Assembly (NCBI GenBank): GCA_040772485.1
Contig: JAXGYC010000010.1
Location: forward strand, 417,475-481,474
From: Sedimentisphaerales bacterium
Lineage (GTDB): Bacteria; Planctomycetota; Phycisphaerae; Sedimentisphaerales; Anaerobacaceae
Direction: 5' to 3'
Length of the DNA: 64,000 nt
Position 1 is the first letter of the stretch, and every line of letters begins with the position of its first letter. The notes beneath the pieces are model-generated. The model was not told where the DNA came from. It was given only the letters and a program-made list of their open reading frames with translations, and did not search any database. Positions 33,083-43,121 of the stretch are shown here, one piece after another. The position numbers and the translations under genes are program-made.

Positions 33083-33298
33083 TCTGGGCGCATTACCATG
33101 CGAAGTGCAACACGGTGGGGTGTGACAGTCACGAGCTGATCGGTAGGACGTTTTGCATTTCAGTCTCTGGGGACTCTGTCCCCAGGCCTCTGGGATTTTT
33201 CGCTTTGGGCCAGAAGCAGGTTGAGCAGGCGACGCCCACGCGTCGACGGCGTCGCCCCTGCCCCTGGGCCGGGACGGCGCTCGGGTTGGTTCCCACCA

Positions 33299-33327
33299 GG
33301 GGGAATTAAAGGTGTCAGGTACTTTTT
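33299..33327 (-). repeat. inverted copy of the GTACCTGACACCTTTAATTCCCCC site
   Basis: GGGGGAATTAAAGGTGTCAGGTACTTTTT on +. Confidence 0.85.
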
Positions 33328-33496
33328 GTCTGGGTGCTTGGGGCGGCTGAGGGGGCACCACACAAGACTCGGCGGGGTCAAGGGCGGGTCGAGGGGCGTT
33401 CGACGGCTCGATGGCAACGGCGTGAACGGAGGGCCTGCGGCGGGCTTGACAAGCGGAGCCATGCATCTTCGAGATTGCGCTGCCCCCCATGACCGG

Positions 33497-33787
33497 TACC
33501 TGCGAATCACAGGTAGCGCACCTCGCCCGCTGGTGCGACCTCGCGACACCCATCTCTGCGCCGGTCCCGTCGCGCAGCGGCGTACAGCGCACACCCTGCC
33601 AATCCTGGCGTTGGAGAAACGCACCCTCCGAGTGCGACCACTACCTGCGAATCGCAGGTAGCGCCTTGGATGCGGCGGCACAGGAGAGGATCGACCGCGC
33701 TGGGTGGGGCTGTCTTGGCCTGGACCTCGGCGATGCCCGCAAGGGAACAGACGGTCAGAGTATCCCGGTACCTGCGAATCGCAGGTC
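33497..33787. repeat. three spaced 19-bp palindromes TACCTGCGAATCGCAGGTA
   Basis: Copies at 33497, 33642 and 33769. Confidence 0.8.
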
Positions 33788-33977
33788 GCGCAACGGGCGC
33801 CTTCCGCCGGATGGCGCAGGCAGGCGTCCGGCGTGCCTGTCCCGGGGCGTTCTTGAGCCGAGCGACGTGCGGTGCGTACCCTGCGCACCTGCTTGCCTTC
33901 GGCCGGGTCAGCGTGATTCTCCGCCTCGTGGAGGAATGTTCCCGGCTGCGCCTCCGAAATTCTGAACCTCTTGCGGC

Positions 33978-34023
33978 TTGACACGTAGATCGCTCTATTC
34001 TATACTTCGTCATGTGGCGAAAT
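33978..34023 (+). promoter_or_regulatory. ars promoter with probable ArsR operator
   Basis: TTGACA-17-TATACT (33978-34006) followed by the imperfect palindrome TTCGTCATGTGGCGAA. Confidence 0.8.
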
Positions 34024-34036
34024 GTGAAAGGTGACT

Positions 34037-34402
34037 ATGCGTGAAGTTCTGGAGATCGCCAAAGCGCTGGCCGACGGGAACCGGCTGCGGGTGCTGACGG
34101 CGCTGGCGGGCGGGGAGCTGTGCGTCTGCCAGATCGTCGAACTGCTGCAACTGGCCCCTTCGACGGTGTCGAAGCACATGACGATCCTGCGTCAGGCCCG
34201 GCTGGTCGAGAGCCGCAAGGACGGGCGCTGGATGCACTACCGGCTGCCCGGCCGCAACGCTCCGAAGGCCGTGCGCGATGCCGTGGCGTGGGTCCGGCGC
34301 AGCCTCGCGGAATCGCCGCAGACAATGCAGGACCGCAAGAGATTGAAGGCCATTCTCGCGATGGACCCGGAGGAAATATGCCGCAGGCAAAACAGAAGCT
34401 GA
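34037..34402 (+). CDS. arsR: ArsR/SmtB family repressor
   Basis: KALAD..RLR, ELCVC, STVSKH motifs. Confidence 0.9.
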   Translation: MREVLEIAKALADGNRLRVLTALAGGELCVCQIVELLQLAPSTVSKHMTILRQARLVESRKDGRWMHYRLPGRNAPKAVRDAVAWVRRSLAESPQTMQDRKRLKAILAMDPEEICRRQNRS

Positions 34403-34830
34403 AGGTGCTGTTCCTGTGTACGGGCAACTCCTGCCGCAGTCAGATGGCCGAGGGCTGGGCCCGCCGCCTCAAGGGCGACGCGATCGAGGCGTATTCGGCG
34501 GGCATCGAGACGCACGGGCTCAATCCCCATGCCGTCCGTGTCATGGCCGAGGCCGGTGTGGACATCTCCGGCCATCGCTCCAAGCACGTCGATGAGCTCA
34601 AGAGCATCGCGTTCGATTACGTGGTGACCCTCTGCGACCACGCCCACGAATCGTGCCCGCTATTTCCCGCCAGGACCAAGGTCGTCCATGTTGGCTTCGA
34701 TGACCCGCCCCGCCTGGCCCAACAGGCGAAGACCGAAGAACAGGCACTGCACTGCTACCGCCGCGTCCGCGATGAGATTCGAGCCTTCATCGAACGACTG
34801 CCGGAAGGGCCGACGACACCGAGAACATGA
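34378..34830 (+). CDS. arsC: arsenate reductase (LMW-PTP type)
   Basis: FLCTGNSCRSQMAEG, CP.FP, FDDP, RVRDEI motifs. Confidence 0.92.
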   Translation: MPQAKQKLKVLFLCTGNSCRSQMAEGWARRLKGDAIEAYSAGIETHGLNPHAVRVMAEAGVDISGHRSKHVDELKSIAFDYVVTLCDHAHESCPLFPARTKVVHVGFDDPPRLAQQAKTEEQALHCYRRVRDEIRAFIERLPEGPTTPRT

Positions 34831-34847
34831 CACCAGGAGATTTCACG

Positions 34848-35678
34848 ATGCCCCACGACGTAAACGCCAACGAGAACGTTCGCGAATCGGTCAGGACCGG
34901 ATACGCACGGATCGCACAGGGTGGCGAACGGTGCGGCTGCGGCTGCGGGGACCCGACGCGGTTGGCGCAAACCATCGGCTATACCGCCCAGGAGTTGGTG
35001 GCCCTGCCGGAGGGGGCCAACATGGGCCTGTCCTGCGGCAATCCCACGGCACTGGCCGGCCTGAAACCCGGACAGACTGTCCTGGACCTCGGCAGCGGCG
35101 GCGGGTTCGATGTCTTCATCGCGGCCGCCAAGGTCGGTCCCGCCGGACGGGCCATCGGCGTGGACATGACGCCCGAGATGCTCGCCAAGGCCCGTAACAG
35201 CATCCCGGCTTTCACCCGCAAGACGGGCTTGAACAACGTGGAGTTCCGCCTGGGTGAAATCGAGCACCTGCCCGTAGCCGACGCCAGCATTGACGTGGTC
35301 ATCTCGAATTGCGTGATCAACCTGTCTCCGGAAAAGGCCCAAGTCTGGCGAGAGATCGCGCGCGTGCTCAAGCCCGGCGGGATCGCGTGCGTCTCCGACC
35401 TGGCGCTGAAGGCCCCCCTGCCCGACGCCGTGAAAGCGGCCGCAGAGGCCCTTGTCGGCTGCATCTCGGGGGCGGTGCCAATCGAAGAGACACTTGGCAT
35501 GATCGAGGCGGCCGGCCTCCATACTACACAGACGGACGACAAGCCGTACAACGTCGACGTCATGGACGACTGCAACGACGCCCTGTATAAGGCCGTTCGA
35601 GACGGCTTGCCGTCCGGCGCGAGACTCGGAGACTACGTCGTCAGCGTCAACTTCGTTGCGAAGAAAAACAAACGCTGA
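34848..35678 (+). CDS. arsM: arsenite methyltransferase
   Basis: GLSCGNP, LDLGSGGGFD, ISNCVINL, GCISGA motifs; RBS AGGAG. Confidence 0.92.
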   Translation: MPHDVNANENVRESVRTGYARIAQGGERCGCGCGDPTRLAQTIGYTAQELVALPEGANMGLSCGNPTALAGLKPGQTVLDLGSGGGFDVFIAAAKVGPAGRAIGVDMTPEMLAKARNSIPAFTRKTGLNNVEFRLGEIEHLPVADASIDVVISNCVINLSPEKAQVWREIARVLKPGGIACVSDLALKAPLPDAVKAAAEALVGCISGAVPIEETLGMIEAAGLHTTQTDDKPYNVDVMDDCNDALYKAVRDGLPSGARLGDYVVSVNFVAKKNKR

Positions 35679-35743
35679 ATATGGACGCCAGGGTCGCGGA
35701 AATCCTCGCCAAGGACCCGGCCTGATCTGAAGGAGTCGCAAGC

Positions 35744-36886
35744 ATGGCCGACCAAACCCCCGCGAAGGCCACGAAGGGCCTGAACGTCTTCGAGAAATAC
35801 CTGACCATCTGGGTGGCGCTGTGCATCGTCGGCGGGATTGTGCTGGGCAAGCTGGCGCCGGGCGTGGCGCAGTCGCTCGACGCGATGGCCATTTACGTCG
35901 GCGGCGCGCCGGTCGTCTCGATCCCGATCGCGGTCTGCCTGTTCTTCATGATGTACCCGATCATGGTCAAGATCGACTTCACCGAGGTCATCCAGGCCGG
36001 CAAGAGCCCCAAACCGGTGCTGCTGACGCTGATCGTCAACTGGGGGATCAAGCCCTTCACCATGTTCGCCATCGCAACGTTCTTCCTGGGCTACGTCTTT
36101 CGCGGCCTGGTTCCCGGCACGGAAATCGTCAAGGACGGCACCGAGGTCGAGCTGTTTCGCTCGTACATCTCCGGGGCCATCCTGTTGGGGATCGCGCCCT
36201 GCACGGCGATGGTCCTGATGTGGGGCTATCTGGCCAAAGGCAACCAGGGCCACACGCTGGTCATGGTCGCGATCAACTCGCTGACGATGCTGGTGCTCTA
36301 TGGCCTGCTGGGCGGCTGGCTGCTGGGCGTCAACAAGATGCCCGTGCCGTGGCAGGCGCTGCTGCTGTCCATCGCGATCTACGTGGCGCTTCCGCTGGTG
36401 GCCGGCTACTTCTCGCGCAAATGGATCATCCAGGCCAAGGGTCGAACCTGGTTTGAAGCCCGCTTCCTGCACGTGCTGACACCTGTGTCGATCATCGCCC
36501 TGCTGGCGACGCTGGTGCTGCTGTTCAGCTTCAAGGGCGAGACCATTCTCGGCAACCCGCTGACGATTCTGTGGATCGCGATTCCCCTGTTCCTTCAGAC
36601 GGTGCTGATCTTCGCCGTCACGTATGCGGCGGCAAGACTTCTGAGGTTCAGCTATGAGGACGCGGCTCCTTCGGCGATGATCGGGGCGTCGAACCATTTC
36701 GAAGTCGCCATCGCGACGGCCACCATGCTGTACGGCCTGTCCAGCGGGGCGGCCCTGGCCACCGTCGTCGGCGTGCTCATCGAGGTGCCCGTCATGCTTC
36801 TGCTGGTGCGGATCTGCCTGCGAACCAGGGGATGGTTTGCCGCCGGACGACTTGGCCAGCAAGAGCCTGTCACCGTGGCAGGCTGA
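35744..36886 (+). CDS. acr3: ACR3 arsenite efflux transporter
   Basis: [37 protein letters not shown] motifs. Confidence 0.93.
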   Translation: MADQTPAKATKGLNVFEKYLTIWVALCIVGGIVLGKLAPGVAQSLDAMAIYVGGAPVVSIPIAVCLFFMMYPIMVKIDFTEVIQAGKSPKPVLLTLIVNWGIKPFTMFAIATFFLGYVFRGLVPGTEIVKDGTEVELFRSYISGAILLGIAPCTAMVLMWGYLAKGNQGHTLVMVAINSLTMLVLYGLLGGWLLGVNKMPVPWQALLLSIAIYVALPLVAGYFSRKWIIQAKGRTWFEARFLHVLTPVSIIALLATLVLLFSFKGETILGNPLTILWIAIPLFLQTVLIFAVTYAAARLLRFSYEDAAPSAMIGASNHFEVAIATATMLYGLSSGAALATVVGVLIEVPVMLLLVRICLRTRGWFAAGRLGQQEPVTVAG

Positions 36887-36905
36887 GCCGACGGGGCCGA
36901 ACGAC

Positions 36906-37502
36906 CTATGGCTCGGTCTCGTCTTCCGACTTGGTTTCGAGGAGCCGCTCGATGACGCGGATGTCCTTGGGGAGGTGTACGGTCACGTACTCGCCCGCCT
37001 CGACCTGCGTGTAGGAGTGGTCGAGAAGACCGTCGAAGAGGATCGTGTCATCCGGACCGAGCCGATAGGTTTTGTCCTCGATTCGCAGCTCCACGCGCCC
37101 GCTGAGAATGTAGCAGAACTCGTGGACGTCCTCGTGCAGTCCCATCACGTGGACGTGATCACCCTCTTCGGCGATGACGCGAATGAGTTTGCCCTTGTCG
37201 TAGCGGGCGACGCGGCACTTTTCCAGACCCCTGTCCGACTTGGACATTGGACCTCGCGGCTCTTCCTTGGCCTTGCGTCTTTGAACGAAGCGGCGTTCGG
37301 CCAATCCGATCAGCGCGCTCGTGGAGATTTGCAGGGCCCCGGCCAGCGCGTCCAGCGTCTTGAGGGAAGGGAGCGTCTTGTTCGTCTCGACCGATTCGAC
37401 GGTCGGATAGGTCAGGCCCGAGCGGCCCGCCAACGCCTGCAAGGTCAGATTCAGCCGACGGCGCAGGACGCGGATGATGCGAAAATCATAAGCGCTGTTC
37501 AC
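36906..37502 (-). CDS. XRE-family regulator with cupin domain
   Basis: HTH LTLQALAGRSG..PSL.TL; H...EFCYILSG, GDTILF-like cupin segment; GTG start inferred. Confidence 0.8.
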   Translation of the reverse strand: MNSAYDFRIIRVLRRRLNLTLQALAGRSGLTYPTVESVETNKTLPSLKTLDALAGALQISTSALIGLAERRFVQRRKAKEEPRGPMSKSDRGLEKCRVARYDKGKLIRVIAEEGDHVHVMGLHEDVHEFCYILSGRVELRIEDKTYRLGPDDTILFDGLLDHSYTQVEAGEYVTVHLPKDIRVIERLLETKSEDETEP

Positions 37503-37697
37503 GGCGCCTTGCCTCCAAGGAGAGACCCCAACAACCCGCACGTGACAGCACGCCTCGGGTCCGATGTGCCGGCAGATGCACCCCTACGCAATCCGGCACA
37601 ACAGACCGTCAGTAAAGCACGAATCGGAGGAATTGGCAAACATGTTTCGATTTCGTCCCGAGGCGCTCCGCCACAGGAGCAACGGCTCCCGATCGTC

Positions 37698-38543
37698 TCA
37701 GTTGCCGACACCCTGATGGGTCTTGCCCGGATAGCGTGCATCGAGCCAGGCGAGGTCTGCATTGGGCGGATTGAATATCTGTCCCTTGCCAAACCCCCGG
37801 GCCGCCGCCTCGCTTCGACTGGAGCAGTAGATGATGGTCCGCTTGTCTTCCCATTTCTTGCGTTCGGCGTGGCCGTCCATGAAGCTGAACGTACAGGCGT
37901 CGCTGTGGAAGTTCCCCAGCGGGTCCCACAGACTCCCATCGTAGGGGATATAAGACCAGCCGTCGTGATTGAAGTTGCCGGCCGAGCCATCGTAGATCTC
38001 CTCGACGAACAGCATCTTGTTGGCCTGGTCCTTGAAGGTGAACAGCTTCTTCGGGTCGGTAGCCGCCGTCCCGCGCATGTAGTCCGACAGCGAGTAACTG
38101 CGGAAGATCCGGAACTCCAGGCCGCTGCCCAGGCTGGTGCCGAGATTCTTGCGGTTGTCACCCGGGCAATGATAGACGTCGAACTCCTTGAGGTAGGGAT
38201 ACAGGGCCCCCGCCCGCAGACCGTTGTACCGCTGTTCAATCGTCACGGCGCCGCTGACCTGGCTGTAGGTCCCGCTGGCGCTGATATCGCCTGGCGGCTT
38301 GACCCACGGGGGCACCCCGCCCGCATCGTCGGCCTGGGCCCATCCCCCGCAAATGGAGCCGTTGTTCTCGTCGGCGTACATGATGTACGCCTGCGCCAAG
38401 GACCGCTGGTTCGCCAGACAGTTGATGCCCCGCGCCTGCTCGCGGGCGATTTTCAAGGCCGGCATCAGGATCGCCATGAGGATCGCAATGACCGCGATCA
38501 CAACGAGCAACTCGATCAGTGTGAATCCGTTACGCCTGAACAT
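37698..38543 (-). CDS. prepilin-type N-terminal methylation protein with H-X9-DG C-terminal motif
   Basis: GFTLIELLVVIAVIAIL...LMPAL; HSDACTFSFMDGH. Confidence 0.9.
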   Translation of the reverse strand: MFRRNGFTLIELLVVIAVIAILMAILMPALKIAREQARGINCLANQRSLAQAYIMYADENNGSICGGWAQADDAGGVPPWVKPPGDISASGTYSQVSGAVTIEQRYNGLRAGALYPYLKEFDVYHCPGDNRKNLGTSLGSGLEFRIFRSYSLSDYMRGTAATDPKKLFTFKDQANKMLFVEEIYDGSAGNFNHDGWSYIPYDGSLWDPLGNFHSDACTFSFMDGHAERKKWEDKRTIIYCSSRSEAAARGFGKGQIFNPPNADLAWLDARYPGKTHQGVGN

Positions 38544-38765
38544 GTGCGGGCCCTTTCAATATCACGCCTCGACGCTGCTATCGAATGCCCCGGCGCCCCA
38601 TGCGTAACCGGGCCCGGTTACCCTACGGCCAGATTCCAGAGATATGCTCAACTCCTCATTTTACCGTCGAATGAGGGCCACAGCAACACCCGCAGCAGAT
38701 TTCGACGCCAGGGGGGTGCACTGCGTGTTTGTAGGTAGGTTCCTGCCGAGGCCAGGAAGGGGGCT

Positions 38766-38924
38766 GTCATCTCGGAGAGCGTGGCGGATGTCATTTCGAC
38801 CAAGAGCTTGCCCTGAGCGAAGTCGAATGGGGCGAAGCCCGCACGGAGAAATCTGGCCGAGGATAAGGCAATAGCCCCTTCGCAGCCAGATTCCTCCACT
38901 ACGCTGCGCTCCGGTCGGAATGAC
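38766..38924. repeat. GTCA-type REPIN-like element
   Basis: Ends AGATTCCTCCACTACGCTGCGCTCCGGTCGGAATGAC, nearly the reverse complement of 47558-47594. Confidence 0.75.
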
Positions 38925-39323
38925 AAAGTCGAGTGCAACCCCCCGTGAAGGTCTACCTACAAACATCAAGTGCACCCACGCCAGGGAGAATCTCCGCGTC
39001 GGATGGCCCGTCCCAAGCCCGCCGACCGCCCGAAGGCGGCCGGGAGACCTGATGTTTCTGTTTTTCTCGGTCGCGAGGCGAAAATTCCCTAAAGTTTTCC
39101 GCTCCCCTTTCCCGATACTGCTCAATGGCAAGAATAGGGCGTTCGGTGCAAGAGAGCCATGTCGAACGAGCTTGCAACGGACCGAGGCAAGGGCTTTCGG
39201 GGAGTTGAGGCTCGCGACGCGTAAACGTTCCTATACAATCATTCACCATCTTTGCAGCGGTAGCAGCCCTCTGTTACCGCTTCTTTTTTTCGGGGTTCAC
39301 GCAGGCCAGAGGAGACCATAGAC

Positions 39324-39422
39324 ATGGCAAAGTCCCGCGACACCAGGAAAGAGAAGAAGAAAGCGCCGCAGAAGACTGCCAAAGAGAAGAGGCAGGCCAA
39401 GCGGGAAAAGAGAAACGGCTGA
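39324..39422 (+). CDS. 32-aa Lys/Arg-rich small protein
   Basis: MAKSRDTRKEKKKAPQKTAKEKRQAKREKRNG; RBS AGGAG; below the ORF-track cutoff. Confidence 0.65.
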   Translation: MAKSRDTRKEKKKAPQKTAKEKRQAKREKRNG

Positions 39423-39429
39423 TCGAGCC

Positions 39430-41469
39430 TTATTTCGCAGGCTCAATCGGGCGGATTCTGATGCTACGGAAGCACACCTGCCCGTGGTCGCCCTGAAGCG
39501 TGATGTAGCCGGTGTTCGACCTGGCGAACAGAGGCATCCGCCCGAACTTGCTGCGAGCCACCCGATCGTTGAAGTCATCGCTGCCCAGGACGTACTCGAA
39601 GTACTGGACACCGTTGATCTCGTGGACGCACTTCTCAGGCGTCACGAGCAGGCGGACGTGATTCCACTGCCCTGGCGACTTCGTGGCGTCGAGCCACTTG
39701 CCCGTAGCGGAGTCGGTTGGAGGCTGATAAAGGGCATACAGCCAGCCGCACCGCACCGGATCGGCGGCCTCCTTGTTGTCCTCAAGCTGAAACTCAGGAC
39801 CTGTCGCCCACGCGGCACCGCCCTCGTCGGTGACATGGTACATGATCCCGCTGTTGCCGGCGGGACTGATATCGTAATCGAGCTGTAGCTCGAACCATTC
39901 GTACTTCTCATCCGTGCACAAGTCGCCCGCGTTGTGCGGGTCGGCGCAGACCAGCGCCCCGTTGCGCACCTGCCAGCCCGGACGGATGCTCCGGCTCTTG
40001 AAGTTGTGCCATCCGTCCAGATTCTCGCCGCTGAACAGCAGCTTCCAGCCGGCGGCTTTCTCCTGCTCCGTCAGCGTGTTCGGCGCGGGGCCCGCTGCCT
40101 CGGCCGTGACCTTGGCCTGCATCGCCGCTTTCCACTCGTCTCCCAGCTCCTGCACGGTCTTGCCCGTGTATTCTTTCCAGAGGTTCTCGCTGTACCGCCC
40201 CTGGCGCGCCGCAGCGTTGAGCTTTCGGACGATGTCGCTGTCGTATGTCCCGGTAACCCAGTTCAGGAAATTTCCGCTGATGCGGTAGTTGCCGTCGTAG
40301 CGGGCCCGCTCGACGTTCCGGCTGGTGATCTCGGCGCCATGCGCATGAGGCTCGTACAGGAACCAGCGGATGTAGTCGCAAATGCCCTCCACCAGCCACC
40401 CCGGCGTGCGGGTGGCGTCGGGATTGTTTCGTCTGGCCCGGCCGTAGCTCTGCACAACGTGCACCAGCTCGTGCACGATGGCCCCCTTGGCCTCGCCCTG
40501 CAACTGACCTCGGAACCAGCGGGCCGCACAGCGAACCCGCGTTCCGCCGGTGGCGGCGACGCCCTGCATGTCGGCGCTGAACGTGATGGTGACGCGCGTC
40601 GGGGCCTCGTACCCATCGCTCGGCAGCATGGCCACCAGCTTGGGGTACCACTGCTTCACGACGGGCGCCAGCTCGTCGTGCGCCCACTTGCTCAGGTCAG
40701 GTGTCTCGGTGGTGTCGATCGTGATCTGGTACTTGCCGCCCTCGATGTCGACGATCTCGCGGCGCACTTCTCCGGCCGGCTCGATCGCCGGCCTGGCGAC
40801 GACGACCGGCGAGGTCGGATCGACCACGTCGATCTCGCTGTAGAACGTGTTGCCGAACGCATCCGCCGCCTCGGTGCGAGAGACATCCAGCAGCAGATAC
40901 CGGTATGCACCGAGCGTGCCATCCGATTCGCAGACGCTGACGCCGTACTGTCCACCGCCGTTTCCTTCGAGACGCGTGTCGACCCTGGCGATCAGCTTCC
41001 ACCCGCAGGTCTGAGGGTCGGTCCCCTTCTTGGGCTGAGAATCGAAGCCGTCGGCCTTCCCGTCGCTGGCGTACAGATCGTACACCTGAGGCCCGCGACT
41101 GCCGGGATGCCAGGAATACGTGTTGACCTGCTTGATATCGACGGCGCCGCCCAGATCGATCAGAAGGCGTCCGCCGTCCGTGCCGGCTCGGAAAAAGAAA
41201 CTCTGCGCAGGTTGATCTTCCTCCGTCGGGACCTTGCCATCGTGGAGTTTCTCGACGCCGCCTCCATTGCCGTCCGGCCGGCCGTCAACCACCGTGAAAC
41301 GCGCCTGCGTCGCCGCATCGCTCCGGGAAGGCGATGGGACCTTGTTGAACGCAAACTCCGCCGACCCGTCGGTGCGGTCGGACAGGACCCGAACCTCCGC
41401 GTGCGAGATCGAGGCAACCAGCAGAACCGCCGTCAAGGCAGCGACAGACCACCAGACATGAAACTTCAT
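39430..41469 (-). CDS. secreted protein: BSP-type metallopeptidase + DUF1080 domain
   Basis: Signal peptide; HELVH..WLVEGICDYIR; GWKLLF, GNSGIMY, WNH, LQGDHG motifs. Confidence 0.8.
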   Translation of the reverse strand: MKFHVWWSVAALTAVLLVASISHAEVRVLSDRTDGSAEFAFNKVPSPSRSDAATQARFTVVDGRPDGNGGGVEKLHDGKVPTEEDQPAQSFFFRAGTDGGRLLIDLGGAVDIKQVNTYSWHPGSRGPQVYDLYASDGKADGFDSQPKKGTDPQTCGWKLIARVDTRLEGNGGGQYGVSVCESDGTLGAYRYLLLDVSRTEAADAFGNTFYSEIDVVDPTSPVVVARPAIEPAGEVRREIVDIEGGKYQITIDTTETPDLSKWAHDELAPVVKQWYPKLVAMLPSDGYEAPTRVTITFSADMQGVAATGGTRVRCAARWFRGQLQGEAKGAIVHELVHVVQSYGRARRNNPDATRTPGWLVEGICDYIRWFLYEPHAHGAEITSRNVERARYDGNYRISGNFLNWVTGTYDSDIVRKLNAAARQGRYSENLWKEYTGKTVQELGDEWKAAMQAKVTAEAAGPAPNTLTEQEKAAGWKLLFSGENLDGWHNFKSRSIRPGWQVRNGALVCADPHNAGDLCTDEKYEWFELQLDYDISPAGNSGIMYHVTDEGGAAWATGPEFQLEDNKEAADPVRCGWLYALYQPPTDSATGKWLDATKSPGQWNHVRLLVTPEKCVHEINGVQYFEYVLGSDDFNDRVARSKFGRMPLFARSNTGYITLQGDHGQVCFRSIRIRPIEPAK

Positions 41470-41610
41470 GGAATCCTCCAAGCCGTTCGATTTCGTAAAT
41501 GACTCACGGGTGGCATGCTACCACATCGCGCCTTCGGCTGCAACGAGGTCGCCCTCTCCACGACCACCTCTTTCGTTGCCTGTGCCGGGGCCGCGATGCG
41601 GGCGCACGGC

Positions 41611-42600
41611 TCACAGCGCTTGCCATGCGGCGGCCTTGGCGCTGGCGAACACCGCGTCGATCACGCGCATGTTCGCAACAGCGTCTCCGAGAGGGGTCGG
41701 GACGACGGTGTTGTTCAGCACCGCTTGCGAGAACAGGTCGCCCTGGACGGCATACTGGTCGGTCTTTGGCAGGCGGATCTCGCGGAAGTCCGACGTGCTT
41801 TGGTGCCACAGCCTGCAGCGCTTCTTCGCAGGGGCGTTGAAGGGGATTTCGATTTCGACCCGGCCGGTCGTGCCGACGACGTTGACCCGCTGATAGGCGC
41901 TGAGCTGCATCGAACAGGTAAAGGTCGAGGTCCCGGCGTCGAACTCCAGGATGCCCGAGGCCAGCCGGTCGACGCGGAACGTCGGATCGTATTCCACAAG
42001 GCCGAGGACGCGCCGCGGTTCGGCGGCAAAGAGAAACCGCGACAGCGAGATGCAGTAGCATCCGATGTCCAGCAGGCCGCCGCCGCCCAGGTCGGGCTGG
42101 TTGCGAACGTTTGCCGGATCGACGTTGCAGTAGGAGAAGAACGATTGAATCGTGCGAAGCGATCCGATTCGCCCGTCCGCCACGAGCCTCCTGGCCTCGA
42201 CCCACTGTGGATGGAATCGATACATGAACGCTTCCATCACCTTCAGGTGCGGATGCTGTGCGGCGGCCGTCTGGAGCCGGCGCGCCTCCTCGGCGTCCCG
42301 TCCGACAGGCTTCTCGCAGAGCACGTGCTTGCCCGCCTCCAGGGCCTTGATCGACCATTCGACGTGCAGGTGGTTCGGCAGAGGGATGTAGACCGCTTCG
42401 ACGGCCGGGTCGGCCAGAAGCGCCTCATAGGAAGCGTGGGCCTTGGGGATTCCAAGCCGCCTGGCCGCATCCTGGGCCTTGCCCGAGTCGCGCGACGCGA
42501 TGGCAACGATCCTGCTGTACTTGCCCTTCTGCATCGCGGGAATGACCTTCTGCAGGCCGATCTTTGCGGTGCTGAGCACTCCCCACGCCACTTTCTGCAT
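41611..42600 (-). CDS. Gfo/Idh/MocA oxidoreductase
   Basis: YIPLPNHLH, KHVLCEKP, GGGLLDIGCY motifs. Confidence 0.9.
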   Translation of the reverse strand: MQKVAWGVLSTAKIGLQKVIPAMQKGKYSRIVAIASRDSGKAQDAARRLGIPKAHASYEALLADPAVEAVYIPLPNHLHVEWSIKALEAGKHVLCEKPVGRDAEEARRLQTAAAQHPHLKVMEAFMYRFHPQWVEARRLVADGRIGSLRTIQSFFSYCNVDPANVRNQPDLGGGGLLDIGCYCISLSRFLFAAEPRRVLGLVEYDPTFRVDRLASGILEFDAGTSTFTCSMQLSAYQRVNVVGTTGRVEIEIPFNAPAKKRCRLWHQSTSDFREIRLPKTDQYAVQGDLFSQAVLNNTVVPTPLGDAVANMRVIDAVFASAKAAAWQAL

Positions 42601-42661
42601 CTTCAGGGCTCCTTCCCGGAATCGTCTGCCCGGCTTTCTCCCGGCAGCAGCGCCCATTTAG

Positions 42662-42988
42662 CTACAGCCTGTCAATCTTGGCGGCAAGGACAAAATCGTT
42701 CTCGTGCAGACCGCCGATCTTGTGCGTCCACAAGTCGATCCTGACTTTGCCGTAGCCCAGGTAGATGTCCGGGTGGTGGTTCTCCTGTTCGGCCAGCTCA
42801 CCGACCCTGTTGACGAAAGCCAGGGCCTGCCGGAAGTCGTCAAACCGGAATTCCCTGCTCAGATGGTGATCGTCCACCGCGTCCCAGTCCGGATTCAGTT
42901 GCCCGGCATACGCCTTCACGGCCTCGCCTTTGAGCGGGGCGCCTCCCTCGCGACATGGCTTGCACGTTTTCTCGCTCAATGGTGCCAT
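42662..42988 (-). CDS. phhB: pterin-4-alpha-carbinolamine dehydratase
   Basis: CKPC, AEQENHHPDI, WTHKIGGL.ENDFVLAAKID motifs. Confidence 0.9.
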   Translation of the reverse strand: MAPLSEKTCKPCREGGAPLKGEAVKAYAGQLNPDWDAVDDHHLSREFRFDDFRQALAFVNRVGELAEQENHHPDIYLGYGKVRIDLWTHKIGGLHENDFVLAAKIDRL

Positions 42989-43121
42989 ACTGTGTCTCCT
43001 TCGGTTCGGATGGTGCCACATCCAAGGCCATCGGTTGGACAGCCTCCCGCAACCAAGTACGGGCGGTACCGACCTCGGGATCGGCCGTTTGGCCTGACCG
43101 CTCGTGCGCGTCGCGACCGGA

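Noticed and set aside
33106..33220. Possible IS-end or MITE remnant after the NACHT gene
   Set aside because: The inverted TGCAA ends are short and weak with no transposase remnant, so it cannot be supported.
33497..33787. Possible CRISPR array
   Set aside because: Only three 19-bp units, spacers over 100 bp and unequal, and no cas genes.
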